A stretch of DNA of 36,919 nt from Conidiobolus incongruus B7586 (GCA_000697335.1 JNEM01010164.1:1-36919), one strand, 5' to 3'. Counted from the first letter of the stretch, positions 1 to 13,937 are shown. The notes: generated by a model from the letters alone, not told the origin. Translations and numbers: made by a program.

Positions 1-53
1 TCAAAATATTTCAAATTAATAAAAGATAAAATAAAATAAAAAATCAAATACAG

Positions 54-1253
54 ATGGAAGAACAAATAACCAATTCAAGAGTTGCACTTCATGTAAATTA
101 CGTCCCTAAAAAATTATTATGTCGAGAGAGAGAATATGATCAAATTTCTAATTTATTGACCAAAGGATTATCTCATAATAATTCATTATGCGTATATGTG
201 AGTGGTGTACCTGGTACGGGCAAGACTGCTACAGTTCGTGCTGCGATACGTGAGATCCAGAGAAATAGGAAATCCCCGCTCAAATTTATCGAGCTTAACG
301 GCATGAAACTCAGTGAACCTAACCAGGCATATGTTGAGCTATGGAATCTCATCTCTGATGAAAAGGTCACTCCTCGCCATGCAGTCGATCTTTTGAATGC
401 TCATTTTTCCAATTCAAAATCTAAAAAGGAGAAAATTTTAGTTGTAATGGATGAGCTCGATGTATTGATGACGCGGAAGCAAGATGTTATCTATCATTTT
501 TTCGATTGGCCGTATCGTTCTAATTCTAACTTAATTGTGGTTGCAATTGCGAATACTATGGATTTACCAGAAAGATTGCTACACCACAAAGTTTCTAGTC
601 GATTAGGATCAGCGCGTATTAACTTCTCTCCATATACATATGATCAATTATATCAAATTGTTAAAGATCGTCTTGGAGACTGTCCCTGGTTCACATCTGA
701 TGCAATTGAAATCTGTGCTAGAAAAGTTGCTGCTGTATCAGGAGATGCACGTCGTGCTTTGGATATTTGTAGAAATGCAGTGGAGGCTTTTGAGTTAGAG
801 ATCCGTGAAAAAACCGATTCTGAGCAATCCAAAAATGGTCACGAAACACAAATCCCAAGGGCTCTTGACATTGAAATCACTACAGGAACCATTACTAAAG
901 TGTATAAAGCCATGTACGACAATCCCACTGTAAAATTTGTTCAAAGCTTCCCTTTCAACCACAAACTCATTCTCACCACTCTCCTCCATATGATCAAGCG
1001 TACGGGTGTATCTGAAGTATCGGTGGATCTTCTTATTTCCAAGTATATTGAATTTTGTCGATTGCATCAATGGGAGATTCCAATCTATAATGACTTAATG
1101 ACCAGTATCAAATATTTAATTAATTTTTATATATTGACCACTGAAAATTTAGATTCTCCACTTCAAATTCATTCAGAGATCAAATTCAATGTTGGTCAAA
1201 GAGATGTTGAATTAGCTCTCAAGTCAGAAGATTTATTATTCAAATTAATATAA
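54..1253 (+). CDS. ORC1: Origin recognition complex subunit 1 (AAA+ ATPase plus C-terminal winged-helix region); the N-terminus may lie in an upstream exon
   Basis: 399-aa ORF with Walker A (YVSGVPGTGKT), ORC1-typical FIELNGMKL..P.QAY..LW, Walker B (VVMDELD), 'RKQDVIYHFFDWP', 'AIANTMDLPER', 'SSRLG' and sensor II 'AVSGDARRALDICR'. No BAH domain in the ORF. There is an in-frame TAA at 27-29, and CAG at 51-53 immediately precedes the ATG. Confidence 0.93.
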   Translation: MEEQITNSRVALHVNYVPKKLLCREREYDQISNLLTKGLSHNNSLCVYVSGVPGTGKTATVRAAIREIQRNRKSPLKFIELNGMKLSEPNQAYVELWNLISDEKVTPRHAVDLLNAHFSNSKSKKEKILVVMDELDVLMTRKQDVIYHFFDWPYRSNSNLIVVAIANTMDLPERLLHHKVSSRLGSARINFSPYTYDQLYQIVKDRLGDCPWFTSDAIEICARKVAAVSGDARRALDICRNAVEAFELEIREKTDSEQSKNGHETQIPRALDIEITTGTITKVYKAMYDNPTVKFVQSFPFNHKLILTTLLHMIKRTGVSEVSVDLLISKYIEFCRLHQWEIPIYNDLMTSIKYLINFYILTTENLDSPLQIHSEIKFNVGQRDVELALKSEDLLFKLI

Positions 1254-2700
1254 ATTCATATTTTTAATATCACCAATATTGTGATATCTATAGTTTTTTA
1301 GCCACTTCATTTACTTATTTCTAGATACTAAACTATTTTACACCTTCATGATAATTAATATATTTAGTTTTATTATATTAGATTAAAATAAACAATTTGA
1401 ATGTTTTTGAAAGTGGTTTTTCATCTATAATTACATTTACCACTGCTATAATATTGAAATGGATATTTGTCATTCTTTTGATCATAACTTCAAAACACTC
1501 TCAGCTATTGGCCCTTATTTAGATGAGTTGTGAAAAATTTCTATCTATATAGCTAAAACATTTTAGCAGGATATATTAAGATCAGATTTGATAAAATTTC
1601 AACTATATCAATCATTAAATATTTATTATATTTTAACAACTCAATTACAAATTGAGTTTGATTATTTTATCATTCCAATCAAAAATTATCAAAATCTTAA
1701 GATTTTTCTCAATGATAATTTTCTATAATCAAATTATTTTTGCCTCCACTATATGATTTATTCAATTCTCTGGATTATGTTTCAATAGTAAAGAAAAAAT
1801 ATTTGCATATAATAATCTAATCAACACTCTAGATTATAATAATTTTGTAAATTCATTAGAAATAATTTAAACAATAATTAACAGTATTTGATAAAAATTA
1901 TTATATACTTAAATATTTTAATGGATTAATAATATATCATAAAATGTTATGTTAATCCTTGGGAGGTTGGAATGTGAAAATGAATTAATATTTTAAAATT
2001 TTTATATTATTGCTAAATGAATATATAAATTTAAAATTTACATTAGCTCAATAGTCACTATTGGATATCATTTGAATATGGTATTAATTTTCAGAATTAG
2101 TCAACTTATTAAAAATATATAATGATAAAATGATATAAACAAAAAATCAAATGACTTGAGTAATTGATTTAGATCAATTCTTGAAATTAGAAATTGGATA
2201 ATGAGATATTAGTCATAGAAGTTAAAAAATAGGTTATTTGATATTTTCAATGTTAAGTTTATAATAATCTTTGGTTATTGTGGAACATCAAGTGTTATAT
2301 ATAATAATCATTTTTATAGCTAATTCCTATAACATTAATAATTGAACTAGTTCGAATTTTCGATATCAATATTATTTCAATCATCTTTCAAAGTAGAAAA
2401 TTCGGCATTTTAATAGAACAGTCTTAAAATTGTTTACAATTTAATAAAATACCATATATATGCCTTAAGGTAGTAAAAACAATAGAGCTCATATCACTTA
2501 CAACACAAAAGATTAAAATTTTTCAGGCAGTATTTAAATATTCTTAAAAGTATATTAATATAAAGATTTACCATAAAACACTATTTTAATTGTATCTATT
2601 AATTCGTTATAATTGTCTTGTCCTATACTAAAAACATATTATTTGAATCATATCACTGTATTGTCTCACTTTATATCAATACATTTATTTCGATAATAAT

Positions 2701-2980
2701 ATGAAAGCTATTTTTATTCGATTTTAATTTCCGTAGCCTATGTAACTCCGTATTAATAGAAGTCCTTGACGTAAAAATTTAGTAGCATCCAAAACGTTTC
2801 TAAGAGCACCCCTAATCATGGCCCCTTCGATTCTTACTCGTCAATTCCCCTTGATGCACCAAACTCCGCACCTGAATTTAATGGCTTTGCAGTACTCCGT
2901 CCATAAGGAGGAAATGATGTTGCACTATTCTGTCCCAACGGAGGGATTGAATTTTGTTTGTTTCTCCATTCTGGTCCTTA
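2701..2980 (+). pseudogene. Possible decayed small secreted-protein gene
   Basis: GC-richer island. ATG at 2701 reads MKAIFI, then after a frameshift SILISVAYVTP (signal-peptide-like). Downstream, one frame reads VSKSTPNHGPFDSYSSIPLDAPNSAPEFNGFAVLRP*GGNDVALFCPNGGIEFC. No family recognised. Confidence 0.3.
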
Positions 2981-3731
2981 AAGAGGGTAACTATATAAGA
3001 TGGTTTTATGCCATCTAATCAATCAGTATGCTTTTCTCGTGCCTATTAAATAACTCAGCTCAATGATATATCTAAAGTATTTTCAACAAATTGTTAATTA
3101 AATTGATAAATGACATCTTCCGTAATACCATTTTGCGTGCTAGAAAAAACAAGAAAAAAAATATAATGTCATCTAATTAAATCAAGGATATATAATTTAG
3201 AATTGTCATGTATAAGCCTAACTTATTAATTAGTTCACTTTGAAAGTATAATTTATCAACATTGTATTGGTGTAATATTTTTCGCATAGAGTTGGAAAAA
3301 TGGCATCTATAGAACAAATTGAGTTGACTTGAAAGACTTCTAGAGGCTAAACAAGTTTTAAATTTTCAAAACTCAAAACATCATGATCATATTGAGGCAA
3401 TAATAGATTATTTAATAGTTTATTCATCTAATTATAACTTACATATATCTTTTCAGCATACCTTTAATGCTGAATTAAATAGTTTTAATACCTAATTTAA
3501 TCATAACAATAATAACTTTATATTTTAAAATCATAATTGGCTCCTCATGTCACTATCAAATGAATTCTTGAAGAGATTAGGATGATTTTATCAATTAATT
3601 ACAAATATTATGATTAATATCAAACATTTGTGATGTTGAAAAAATAATGGTATGTTCAATTCTAACATATTCCAGAAAATAATATGAATAAAAGTTGAAA
3701 TCAAATGTTCTATATTTAAATATTCATAGTT

Positions 3732-3750
3732 TATATATATATATATATAT
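3732..3750. repeat. (TA)n microsatellite
   Basis: Uninterrupted tatata run of about 9-10 units. Confidence 0.85.
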
Positions 3751-5005
3751 TTCAAAAACCATAATCATTACATTCAGCCATGGGTATTAAATCGAAAATC
3801 AAATCAATGCATTTGTTTTTATGAAAGACATTCTCTAACTTGTTAAAAATGATGAAAAGCTTAGATTGAGTTTAATATGCCACCTAATTATTCGTATTAA
3901 TAAAATATCACATATATTGATTGAAAAATAAGCAATGATAAATATATTTTAGAGAATATCGATGACAAAAATGTTGGTTTAGTTACTAATAATTATTAAT
4001 TTGTACATAGTAATTTATAATTGAATATTATATATTAAAATTCATATAGTTGAATATAGCATTACAATTATTAATATTAAAATAATTATTTTTTTATTTC
4101 TCTTGTCTCCCAATAATTAACTTATAAACATGAGAAAAGCTATAAAACTATTAAACTAATGAAAATTATGATATTAAATAATTCTTTGGATAAACATTTG
4201 TTAATTATTTTTTGAACATCTAGAAATTAGAATATGTTTTAATATCATTTAAATATACTGGTTTGATAGTTTTCTGTAATCATACATAAAGGTAAATTTT
4301 GTAAAATATTTGAAGTTTCAATTGTAATTATCTATTTTAATTAAAAAAATTGGCTATAAAATCAAATTCAAATTCTTACAAAGCATTGAATAATAATGAA
4401 ATCTGTGTGAAAATATACCACCTAAAATAGTTTAATAGATTTGCAAGTAATATAATGGTTCTGTCAAGGTTTAAATTTGATTTTATGATTAATTGTCTAT
4501 ACAAAATAGGTGTGTAAATATTTTAATTAGGTTAAAGTATTTAATAATTATCATACAACGTTGTGATCATAAAAAAATATTTTTTATATTTTGAGAGATA
4601 ATTCACATTTGTATGAGAATAAAACTGAACCATTTAATTAGTTGATTAATTAGAAAGATCATTTTTATAGTCTCATGTATTAGAAATACGCATTGATACT
4701 TTAGAGCGCAATCAATAAAGCTTTGAACCGTGACGTATACAGATTAATCAAGCTTTTAGCGTACACTTCCTTTGCTGAAACCTTTGCAATCCATTTTATA
4801 TCTTTGGAAAGTAAGAATCAAATATATCTTTTATATTATTATGCATCCGTTTGTCTTTAATGTATTAATTGTAAAGTGATTTCATCAAAATTACTAAGAC
4901 TAGACCGTTAAAACCTTCCTCTCAATAAATATATCATTAAATTTTTAATTCTCAAGAATATTATAAAATTCATTAGAGTAGATTATTTAAGTCACATAAT
5001 CTATA

Positions 5006-6230
5006 ATGATTGTTAGTCTCATTCTATATTTTTTAATGTGAATTCACAAAATATTTTACATGGAGTATAAAGCGAGTATCTCAAAATAAGGTACGATTCA
5101 GATTGTACCTCAGATACAACTTTATATCTTCGTGTTTCATAAAATATAATCTGTCTACAAAATCAAGGAACTTCCAACTAATATTGCACCAAAATTAAAT
5201 GGTAAATCGATGTTGATAAGGGTGTTTTGTAGAATAATAATTCTCATAAGATGGATGAGAATATTGCTAATCAAACCACACATATGCTTCTAATTATTTT
5301 GACTTATTCACAAGTTTCAATTGATACTAATAGCTTGGAAACATCTGTGTTAAAAGATATTACGGTTAAATCATATGAACCACTAGAAGCTCTTTCAATC
5401 TGGCATTCATTTAAACAAGTGGATTTCGCCAAACTGACTCGTATATCAGATACAGTGGTCACCGATGTGTAACACTTCAGAGCTAATATACCACATGTAT
5501 AATTAAAGTCATACCAATATGATTGTTCCACCACCAATATCTATCAAATATGCGGTAATTTATGTTGAATGAACCTTTTGTTAATAAATACATTCTCCTT
5601 CAGTTACATATTGAATTATGATATGTTGAAAAAGTTAAATATATTATAAGGGAAAATCATAGCCAGTTTTTTTGGAATTGATGTGAGCTTATACACTAAG
5701 AAAATCAGTGTTACACGTTGAGGTTTGGTAATGCTACGCTCCTGGATTGAAGAAATGAGCTATTCTCTAATATCAGTACCCATCTTCCTAGATCCTGTGA
5801 AAGTTGGTTCGGATTTTTACAAGAGATATAAAAAGAAATTTAAGATGGTTTGAAAGGATGTTTCTTGGTGGTGCTCAAAAATGAAACATATAAAAGTCAA
5901 AAAGTAGTTTTTACACGAATCAGCTTGGGATGCGTTACCACAACTCTACGTGCTGCACATCAAACAGAATGAATTCAATCAATGGGTTATGGGCTGCAGC
6001 TCTACGCATTTAATTATCCAAGCCCAGGAACCTAGCGATTATGGATACATTTTTTCTCCAACTATCTCAATTGCAAGATACACCAAAAAGGGTGATGCTG
6101 CACTTCAGTTATATCTCCGTGCACTAGGCTATGTTAATATTTCAGTTAAAGTTTACGAACCATTTACTGGAAGTAGAGAGGCTTAAAAATTCGCAGAAAG
6201 GATATGATAAAGATATTGAGTGCTCCCAAT
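5006..6230 (+). pseudogene. Probable decayed protein-coding gene, family unknown
   Basis: About 1.2 kb of coding-like composition, with a hydrophobic start (MIVSLILYF) and open stretches (5251-5472, 5950-6186) broken by stops and frameshifts. Homology not recognised. Confidence 0.35.
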
Positions 6231-7504
6231 TTGTAGAAAATCTGTCAATCCACTTCATCACTTGTTTATTATAAATCATAGAATTATTCCAAGATGTTAG
6301 AGAATTTCGAATTCGACTAATGTCATCAATTTATGGATAATGCAATGTCATTTTAGTTATACCTGTCGTAAAGTTATTTAAAGAATTATATTAATCATTT
6401 TTAATTAATTCAAAGTGGTTTAATCGTTATGAATATTTTAGGTGATTATTAAAGTATTCGAATTCGATAGAATTGTATACATCAATTTACAATGTCTAGA
6501 ATATTTCAGCATTTCACTAAACAATAAATAACCAAATTAATGTCTGTACCACATTTTTCCGAACTTTTAGTTATGAATCGAGAAGTATATTTCTCAAACC
6601 AACCATTTATTTATCCTTTTATTTTTGGCTTGAATATAAGGGTCATTTTCAAAGTTTTTATAATGTGATTTATAGCTCTGTAATACCTATTTGATTAGAA
6701 TAAAATCAAAATACCTCGATTTCTACGATACAACCTAATTATTATAGAATTTTTATATGAGTGAAGTTACTTGAGTGTTATAATTTTCAATACAAGACCC
6801 TATTACATTCTTACAAATCCTAGGCTATTAGTTTCAATTCACCTAATTTTGAAAGTTTTGAAAATATATTTATTATCCAAAAAATACTTATATAAACTGA
6901 AAGCTAGAGAACAAATCCATATAAAAATCTCGGTTTTTATTTCATAATATGATTGATGAAACCTGTGTCAAATTTTGGATTTACAATATGAGTGTTAATG
7001 TTTCAAAATAGCCATTTATATATATTAACAATGAATAGTAAATATCTTTGAATTATTGGAAATTTTTACAGTGAAATAGGATATAGTTTTAGGATAAATT
7101 CAACTTATCATTATCATTAACTTATAAATTATAATATTTTAACAAATTGATGCATTATTTAACTAATTCATTTGAAAAATAGCTGTTTTTGATTAAAATT
7201 AAAAACTTTACAACTTTGAAGATTTGCAAAATATGTATATTGAATAAAGTCAAATTTCAATATTATGGATAAGATACATTAATATTTCAAGTATATAGTA
7301 AATATATTATTTAAAATTCTCTTACTATAATTTATAAATGATATTTAAACCTTTTGACTGTGATCTAAGCTAATATCAAAAAGTATAGAGACAGTATTTG
7401 ACTATAAAATGGCCAATTTGATGCTTTAAAATATTTATAAACTTTAAATTGATAAAAAGATAAAAATATTAATAAAGTGATAATAACACTATATCTATTT
7501 CTCA

Positions 7505-8736
7505 TTAATAATGAAAATAAATATCCTCATTCCACAGTTTTTCAGATTTTAGAAGTGTCCAACTTGGGATATTGAGTTTAGCGTCTTTGAAATAGAGTAG
7601 GTCATAAAACATTTCCGCAATGAAACTCATAGCTAGTCCATTGTTCAGTTCGGTGGCCTTGTGAGGATGAATAGTTGCGGAACGTCTGAAATATTTAATG
7701 ATGCCAGATGCAAGACTTGGTATATCCGATTGGTTCAAGTGTAGTGTGTTATTAATTGTTGCTGAATGTGCGTTGGAATTGACAGTTTTAATGGATTTCA
7801 TATGGTCACACACTGCTTTGAAATTCACTTGCCATTTGGTGAAGCCTTCAGTATTGATGGACAAGATTGGCGTTTTGATAGGCTTGGGATCTATTGGAAC
7901 CATCCAGGGATCCATAACTACAGCGCATTTGTAAGGATGGTCATTACGCGATAAGTAATCTAGCACTGTGGCACCGCCAAAACTATGTCCTGTCAAGATA
8001 GGATTTTCGAGATCTAACTGGTTTTTAAATGGATCTAGAGTACTATTGGTTACATAGTCTGGACTCTTTTTGTTGAACAATACAGAATTGGTCTCAAAAC
8101 TGCCATGATTCAATTCATTTAACAATTTCCAAGCTAAGTCAATTTCCTCCATACGGATTTGAATTTGAGGGGCTCTGAACTCTTTCTCAGTAAGGTCTAT
8201 AGGCTGATGAATATATGGTACATCTTGAGGAGATGACTGGGTCCACGAGTAACTTGCGGAATTGTCGCGGTGTTCAATAGCACATACTATCATACCATAC
8301 GATGCCATTTCGCCACAAAAAGTACTATACGTGCATCTGTTCCCAGCAACCCCGTGAGAGAATACCATCACCGGATACTTTTTGGAGGGGTTGGGTGCTG
8401 GTAACAATAAGTCATTTCCGTTACCTCTCAATGCACCTATTTTGGGGAACTTACTCAACAAAAAAGCCAACAGCGAAGCAATATATTGATTTAATCTAAT
8501 ATAGCTCGTGAAGCCTATAACAAGTATAATTAGTAATGTAGTACACAACGATTTACGAAATTACCTTTAAAATACCTGTAAGAAGGATAAGGAAAGAAAT
8601 TAGCATAGGATTTACTATTACTTCTGGTAGTTGGATAGAATAATTTAAAAATATTTGTCTTTGTACTCTTATATTCAATATCGATACAACTTACTTCGAA
8701 AGGACCTCTATATTTTGGCAGGGTTGAGAATATCAT
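7505..8736 (-). CDS. Platelet-activating factor acetylhydrolase family (PAF-AH II/Lp-PLA2-like alpha/beta hydrolase), 2 exons, ~393 aa
   Basis: Exons 8736-8565 and 8514-7505 are separated by a 50-nt intron (gtaatt...tactaat...tatag) that joins in frame (FKG/FTSY). Motifs: 'LPKYRGPFEVSCIDIE', 'KLFYPT', 'YPVMVFSHG', 'ASYGMIVCAIEHRD.SA', nucleophile GHSFG, 'MDPWM' Asp, 'HLNQSD' His. No signal peptide. Confidence 0.92.
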
Positions 8737-9368
8737 CGTTTTTTAACTTTGCAATTTGAATTGGATTGGTGACTGTATTTATATCCTTTCTCATCATCAA
8801 TCATTAATTTTCGATCGATTTTATTTAGGTTAATTGATTAACCTGAAATGATTATTTTTTAGATCAAATTTTTTAAATTTCTTTTCAATCCAAAAATATT
8901 GGGATAAATCACAAGTGATTTGAAAAATTATATTTTTCAATATTATATAAAAATATATAATCACATGATGTTCAAATACTATAAGCTAGTATTTTTGAGT
9001 AACTCTATCAAAAATTAGTATTTCTGTCAAAGACAAATAATCATAAGATAATTAATAGTGTATTGAATGATTCATAATAATTATTATTAGTTTGACTAGT
9101 AATTACTTTATGGTCATATGACTTCATATAATGTAAATATTTCAAAATCATAATTATTACAAGCATTAATTCAAATCATTCTTTAGAACCAATGCCTATT
9201 ACAATAAATTTGCAGTCTTTACACATTATATAACAATTCAAAAATTAATTTATTTGTATGGAATATTTAATATATCAAAAATATTGACTATTAAAATTCT
9301 AGGGATTTTACTATAATGTCTCATCAAAATAAGAATGTATAATATTCTTTAATATTATATGATTTTTG

Positions 9369-9370
<2 letters not shown>

Positions 9371-9400
<30 letters not shown>
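9371..9400. repeat. (AT)n microsatellite
   Basis: About 15 perfect AT units. Confidence 0.9.
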
Positions 9401-9404
<4 letters not shown>

Positions 9405-10261
9405 TAATGGTTAATATTTTTAAAGTAATTTTTCTCTATTTTTCAATTTTATAGATGGTAATATTAAAAAAAGTTAATTTAAAATATAATTAGTATTTAA
9501 AACTTTATCTAATATTTCGTAAATCGTATTTGAGTTATATAATTTCTAGAAAAAATTACGATATATATACTTGATTCAATGTTAAGCAAAATTTATATTA
9601 TAGCAATCGATTGTGAATTTTTGGTTCATCCAAATATTTAAAATATTTTTGAAATAAGAAATTAATAAACTCTACATACCATATACTCAATTTTGTGAGA
9701 AATAATGTTAGCATTCAAAATAATATAAGATAGACGATGCTTATTTAACTAAATTCATTCCTAAATACTTAATATAATAAATTGATATTTTTTCAGTGAT
9801 TCATTTAACAAAATATTATAATATATATACCAACAATAACTCAATTCAATGTATACTATTTTTGCTATTCTAACAAAATCTGATCTTACCTGGTTTATAA
9901 TTTTGGAAAACTTGATTTTACAATGGTGCTTGACAATGTCCCAAAAATGCAAAATAAGCCAAGCAATTAATGAATTTCATTTATAACACTTCATTTCTCA
10001 ATGATTTTAACAATATTTAATTTGTGTTATAATATCAGAAAATGAAGTCAATATGAGAATTTAATCATTTGTGAATCAAAATAATATAATAATTTTTCAT
10101 TATATATATCAAACGAAAAAAATATTTAAATATTAAAAAGTTACTAGAATGTTTTTTGGTTCAAAAGATAGAATTTTATTGAAATGGGTGAAATCTTAAA
10201 GCAGCTATTGAAAATAATATAACATATATAATTTTAACTCCGAAATTTTCAAGTAGACTAA

Positions 10262-11808
10262 ATGGCAAGCAGTCCCGAAAGTGAGCCAAAATAGAGAATA
10301 CGAATACGAATTTCAACGGAAATTCCAATACTAACCTTATGGAAGCAGTGCCACTACCTGATAGGTGGGATAATGATAAAGTTCTAACTCAGATTTTTAA
10401 GCATATTATATTCAAAGATCTTTTGGATTTAAATACAACTAATAAGAAATTTCGCCAAGCTATCAACCCACTGATTAATAAGAGTCTAAAGCTATTACGA
10501 CATAAATATATCACTTGCCACAATACCGATGGTCGAAAACTGAATTCAAAATCTATGGATGTCTGAATAAAAGTGTGTACTCAAATCCATTTCAAATATC
10601 AAGAATTTGTTCTTCATTTAAAATTGAGTTTCACACTTTATCCTGAAACGCCTCAGGAACTTTATGAAACCTTCTCTTATCAACAGATTAATTAATGATG
10701 GCATTAATATTAGTAAAAGACTCCTTGTCCTCACTTTGAAGTTCTTGCACACAATTGCAAAGATTAAGTTTGCATTATATATTCTTGAGAACTACACTGA
10801 CAAAGACATCAATTTTGAAATCATTTAAAGACTATCAACATTAAGCAAGTTGTCGTTTTCTGAAGTTAAAATTCAAGAGAATTTAAACAAAGCTATTAAA
10901 GCTCTAAACAGACTTACTAATCTGGAGGAACTGACGATTATTCTCCTATTCTATTAACATCTGGACCATATGTGATGAGGATCCTAACTCTGAAGCGATG
11001 GATATACCTCTCGATGGCTATATTAAAATTATGAAGAGATTTTACTCCAATTATTCTACAAGGGTTCACTTTTGGTAATGGTGTATATAGTAGCTTAGCT
11101 GACTATGCTAATCCTATGTTTCAAGCCAATCCTAAGCCTGTCAAAATCCTTTATAAATCAGTGTAACTCTCCTCTGCTCTTATTGAATCAGTTATTGAAC
11201 ATTCAAAAAATTTGACAGATTTGACTCTCATCAAGTTGAAAGCTGAAAGTATTTGTTTATCAAGCCACATTGATCTTGGATTCCCTACCCAGTTAACTAA
11301 ACTATTTCTTGTACTAAAGCCATTTACATTTCGATCATTATGAATTACTTTTATTACTATCCCTAACCCCATCGACTTAAGTAATGAAGTCAAACAATAC
11401 CAATACAGCATTCGGACAGGACTGCAAAAGCCTGAAGCATCTCAGCTACATTGGGTTACAATTACTTTGGCATATATGAATAGTTGAACTATCCCTCGAT
11501 GATTTCTGAAAAACTAAATTCCAAGTTAACAATTATGAATTTTGCGAAACGCTCCTATCCCTCAATCTCAGCAACATTGACATCAATCATATTAATCCAA
11601 ACTCTTGTAACAATTCACCAATCTAGAAATGATCAGTTTATTTGACAAGGGCAATTCCTAAAACGATAAATATCAAGATTTCCTAGAGAATTTGAACAAA
11701 TTTGAAAGACGGAAATTGTATTTCACCTCGTTCATCAAACACTTCTTAGAATGTCCTCACCAACCTTATACTAAATTGCAGCCAATGGATTTCGTTCAGT
11801 ATAGCTAA
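10262..11808 (+). pseudogene. F-box/RNI-like LRR protein pseudogene
   Basis: The N-terminal segment 'RWDNDKVLTQIFKHIIFKDLLDLNTTNKKFRQAINPLINKSLKL' is F-box-like. Leucine-rich-repeat-like fragments follow (e.g. LTNLEELTI, NLTDLTL, QLTKLFL), interrupted by many stops and frameshifts over ~1.5 kb. Confidence 0.65.
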
Positions 11809-12008
11809 GCTTTTGCTTAATACATTGGTGTATTGGAGTTTATCGATAGATATATTTAATATTCAATACAATTGTTGGTTTTGATCAATACTCAAAAATT
11901 TATCAACCTAGTCTTACAAATTATAAATCAACTATACCATCACATAACCTCAAATTAACACAGAATACCAATATTTTTAATATTTTATTATTTTGATCTA
12001 AATTTATC

Positions 12009-13152
12009 ATTCAATAAAAAACTGATGTAGAGTATTAATAGTTTATATGAATCCATGTCTTTAAATATGGCAAGTGACTGAAGATTGAACAAATGAAACT
12101 GATAGCTAATCAATTATTCAATTCAGTAGCCTTGTGTGGATCGATTTATAAGTGGGGTAACAACTTCAAAAGTCCAAACATGAAGTTTAGACCCTCGAAA
12201 TAGTGGTAGTGCACAGTTTTGTTTACGGTCACGAGATGAGCTTCGGCATTGATATCTTTTATAGATGTCATATGCTGACTAACTTTTTCGAAATTCTTCC
12301 ATTTTGTGAATCCCTCAGTATTGATGGACAGAATAGGTGTTTTGATAGGTTTTGGATCGATTGGGGTCATCCGAGGGTCCATTGCAACACCACACTTAAA
12401 GGGATGGTTATTCCTGGATAAATATTCAAGGATTGTAGCATCCCCGAAGCTATGACCCATTAGGATGGGGTTTTTGAGATCTAATTGATCCTCGAATAGT
12501 GCTATTGTGGAGCTGGGGATATAATCAGGACTAACAGGATTAAATAAAATAGTGTCCTTCTCAAAATCACCAGAATTCAACTGATTTAAGAATTTCCAAG
12601 CTATATTTCGTCCACGCGAATTTTGACTTGATCCCAGCGGTAATCCTTCTCAGTGCGATCTTTGTGAGTAACTACCAGAATGGTCGCGGTGCTCAATAGC
12701 ACACACGATCATACCGTAAGATGCCATGTCACCACAAAAGGAACTGTACATGCATCTGTTCCCAGCAACCCCGTGAGAGAATACCATCACTGGATATTTT
12801 TCTGAGAGATTGGGTGCAAGAAGTAATAAATCGGATCCATTACCTCTCAAAGCACCTATTTTGGGAAATCCGCTCAGCAAAAAAGCAGCAGCTGATCCGA
12901 TATATTTGTTGAAGCGGATATAATCCGAGAAACCTAACCACTGATAATACTCGATAAATTATTACCCAAGTACTAAGCTACCTTTCATATACTTCTGAGT
13001 AGGATGGGGGGGGGAAAAGTTAGCAAAGTCATCATTTTCTTTATAGTTGGAAAAAACAATTTCAAAATATTAGATTTAGAAGTTTTAAACTCAACATCGA
13101 TACATCCCACCTCGTAGGGTCCGTTATACTTAGGCAAAGTGGAAAAGATCAT
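12009..13152 (-). pseudogene. PAF acetylhydrolase paralog pseudogene
   Basis: Starts MIFSTLPKYNGPYEVGCIDVEFK at ATG 13152, with the same intron position as 7505-8736. There are frameshifts in exon 1 and near 12600-12660, GHSFGD in place of GHSFGG, and a deleted or broken C-terminus. The 3' boundary is approximate. Confidence 0.88.
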
Positions 13153-13937
13153 TAGATTATTTTAAATTTATTTGGGTCATGGTAGATATCTTAGGTATAT
13201 ATATACTTTCTCATTTGTCAATAATCAATTTCCATTCATCCAATTTTATAACTTAATTAAATTTTCGGGAAGTCGATCAAATATGAGCGGAATTGTGGGT
13301 AAAAAATTTCAATTTCCTTTTTGATTGATTATCGGGGTCCAAATCGTCGGTCTTTTTAATAGTCAAATATATGGGTATGAATTTTAGACTGATAAGAATT
13401 TTGTATGGTAAAAAGAATCTGGATTTATTCCTTATTTTTTTAAATTTGAAATTTTATTTACATTTGGTAAAAAATGACAGATTATAAATAATTGACACGA
13501 AATTAAAATTTTGGATAATAAATGGACAATCTTGAAATAATATATATTCATGTAAATCTATATTCTTTCAATTCAATTCTTAACTAAATATTACATTTTC
13601 AGAAAAATTATTGATATTGAAGTAAAAATATAGAAAATACTAATTCATAAATATTATAATACTTAAAATATTGATATTTCATTAGATATATTAATTGGTT
13701 AAAATGAAAATGTTTAAAGTATAACAATCTTATTAAATAAAATTATGTTAAGAAAATATGATTTTGAATACGACCAATTATATAATAGTTAAAAATAATA
13801 AAAAAAATTATCATTAGTACATCACATTTTATAAATAAGTGAGAATAATAGAATTCAATTTTCAATTAAAATACGAAATTTACAAAATTAAACTAAATTT
13901 TTACATCAAATCTATCAAATTATATTAAATTCGCCAG

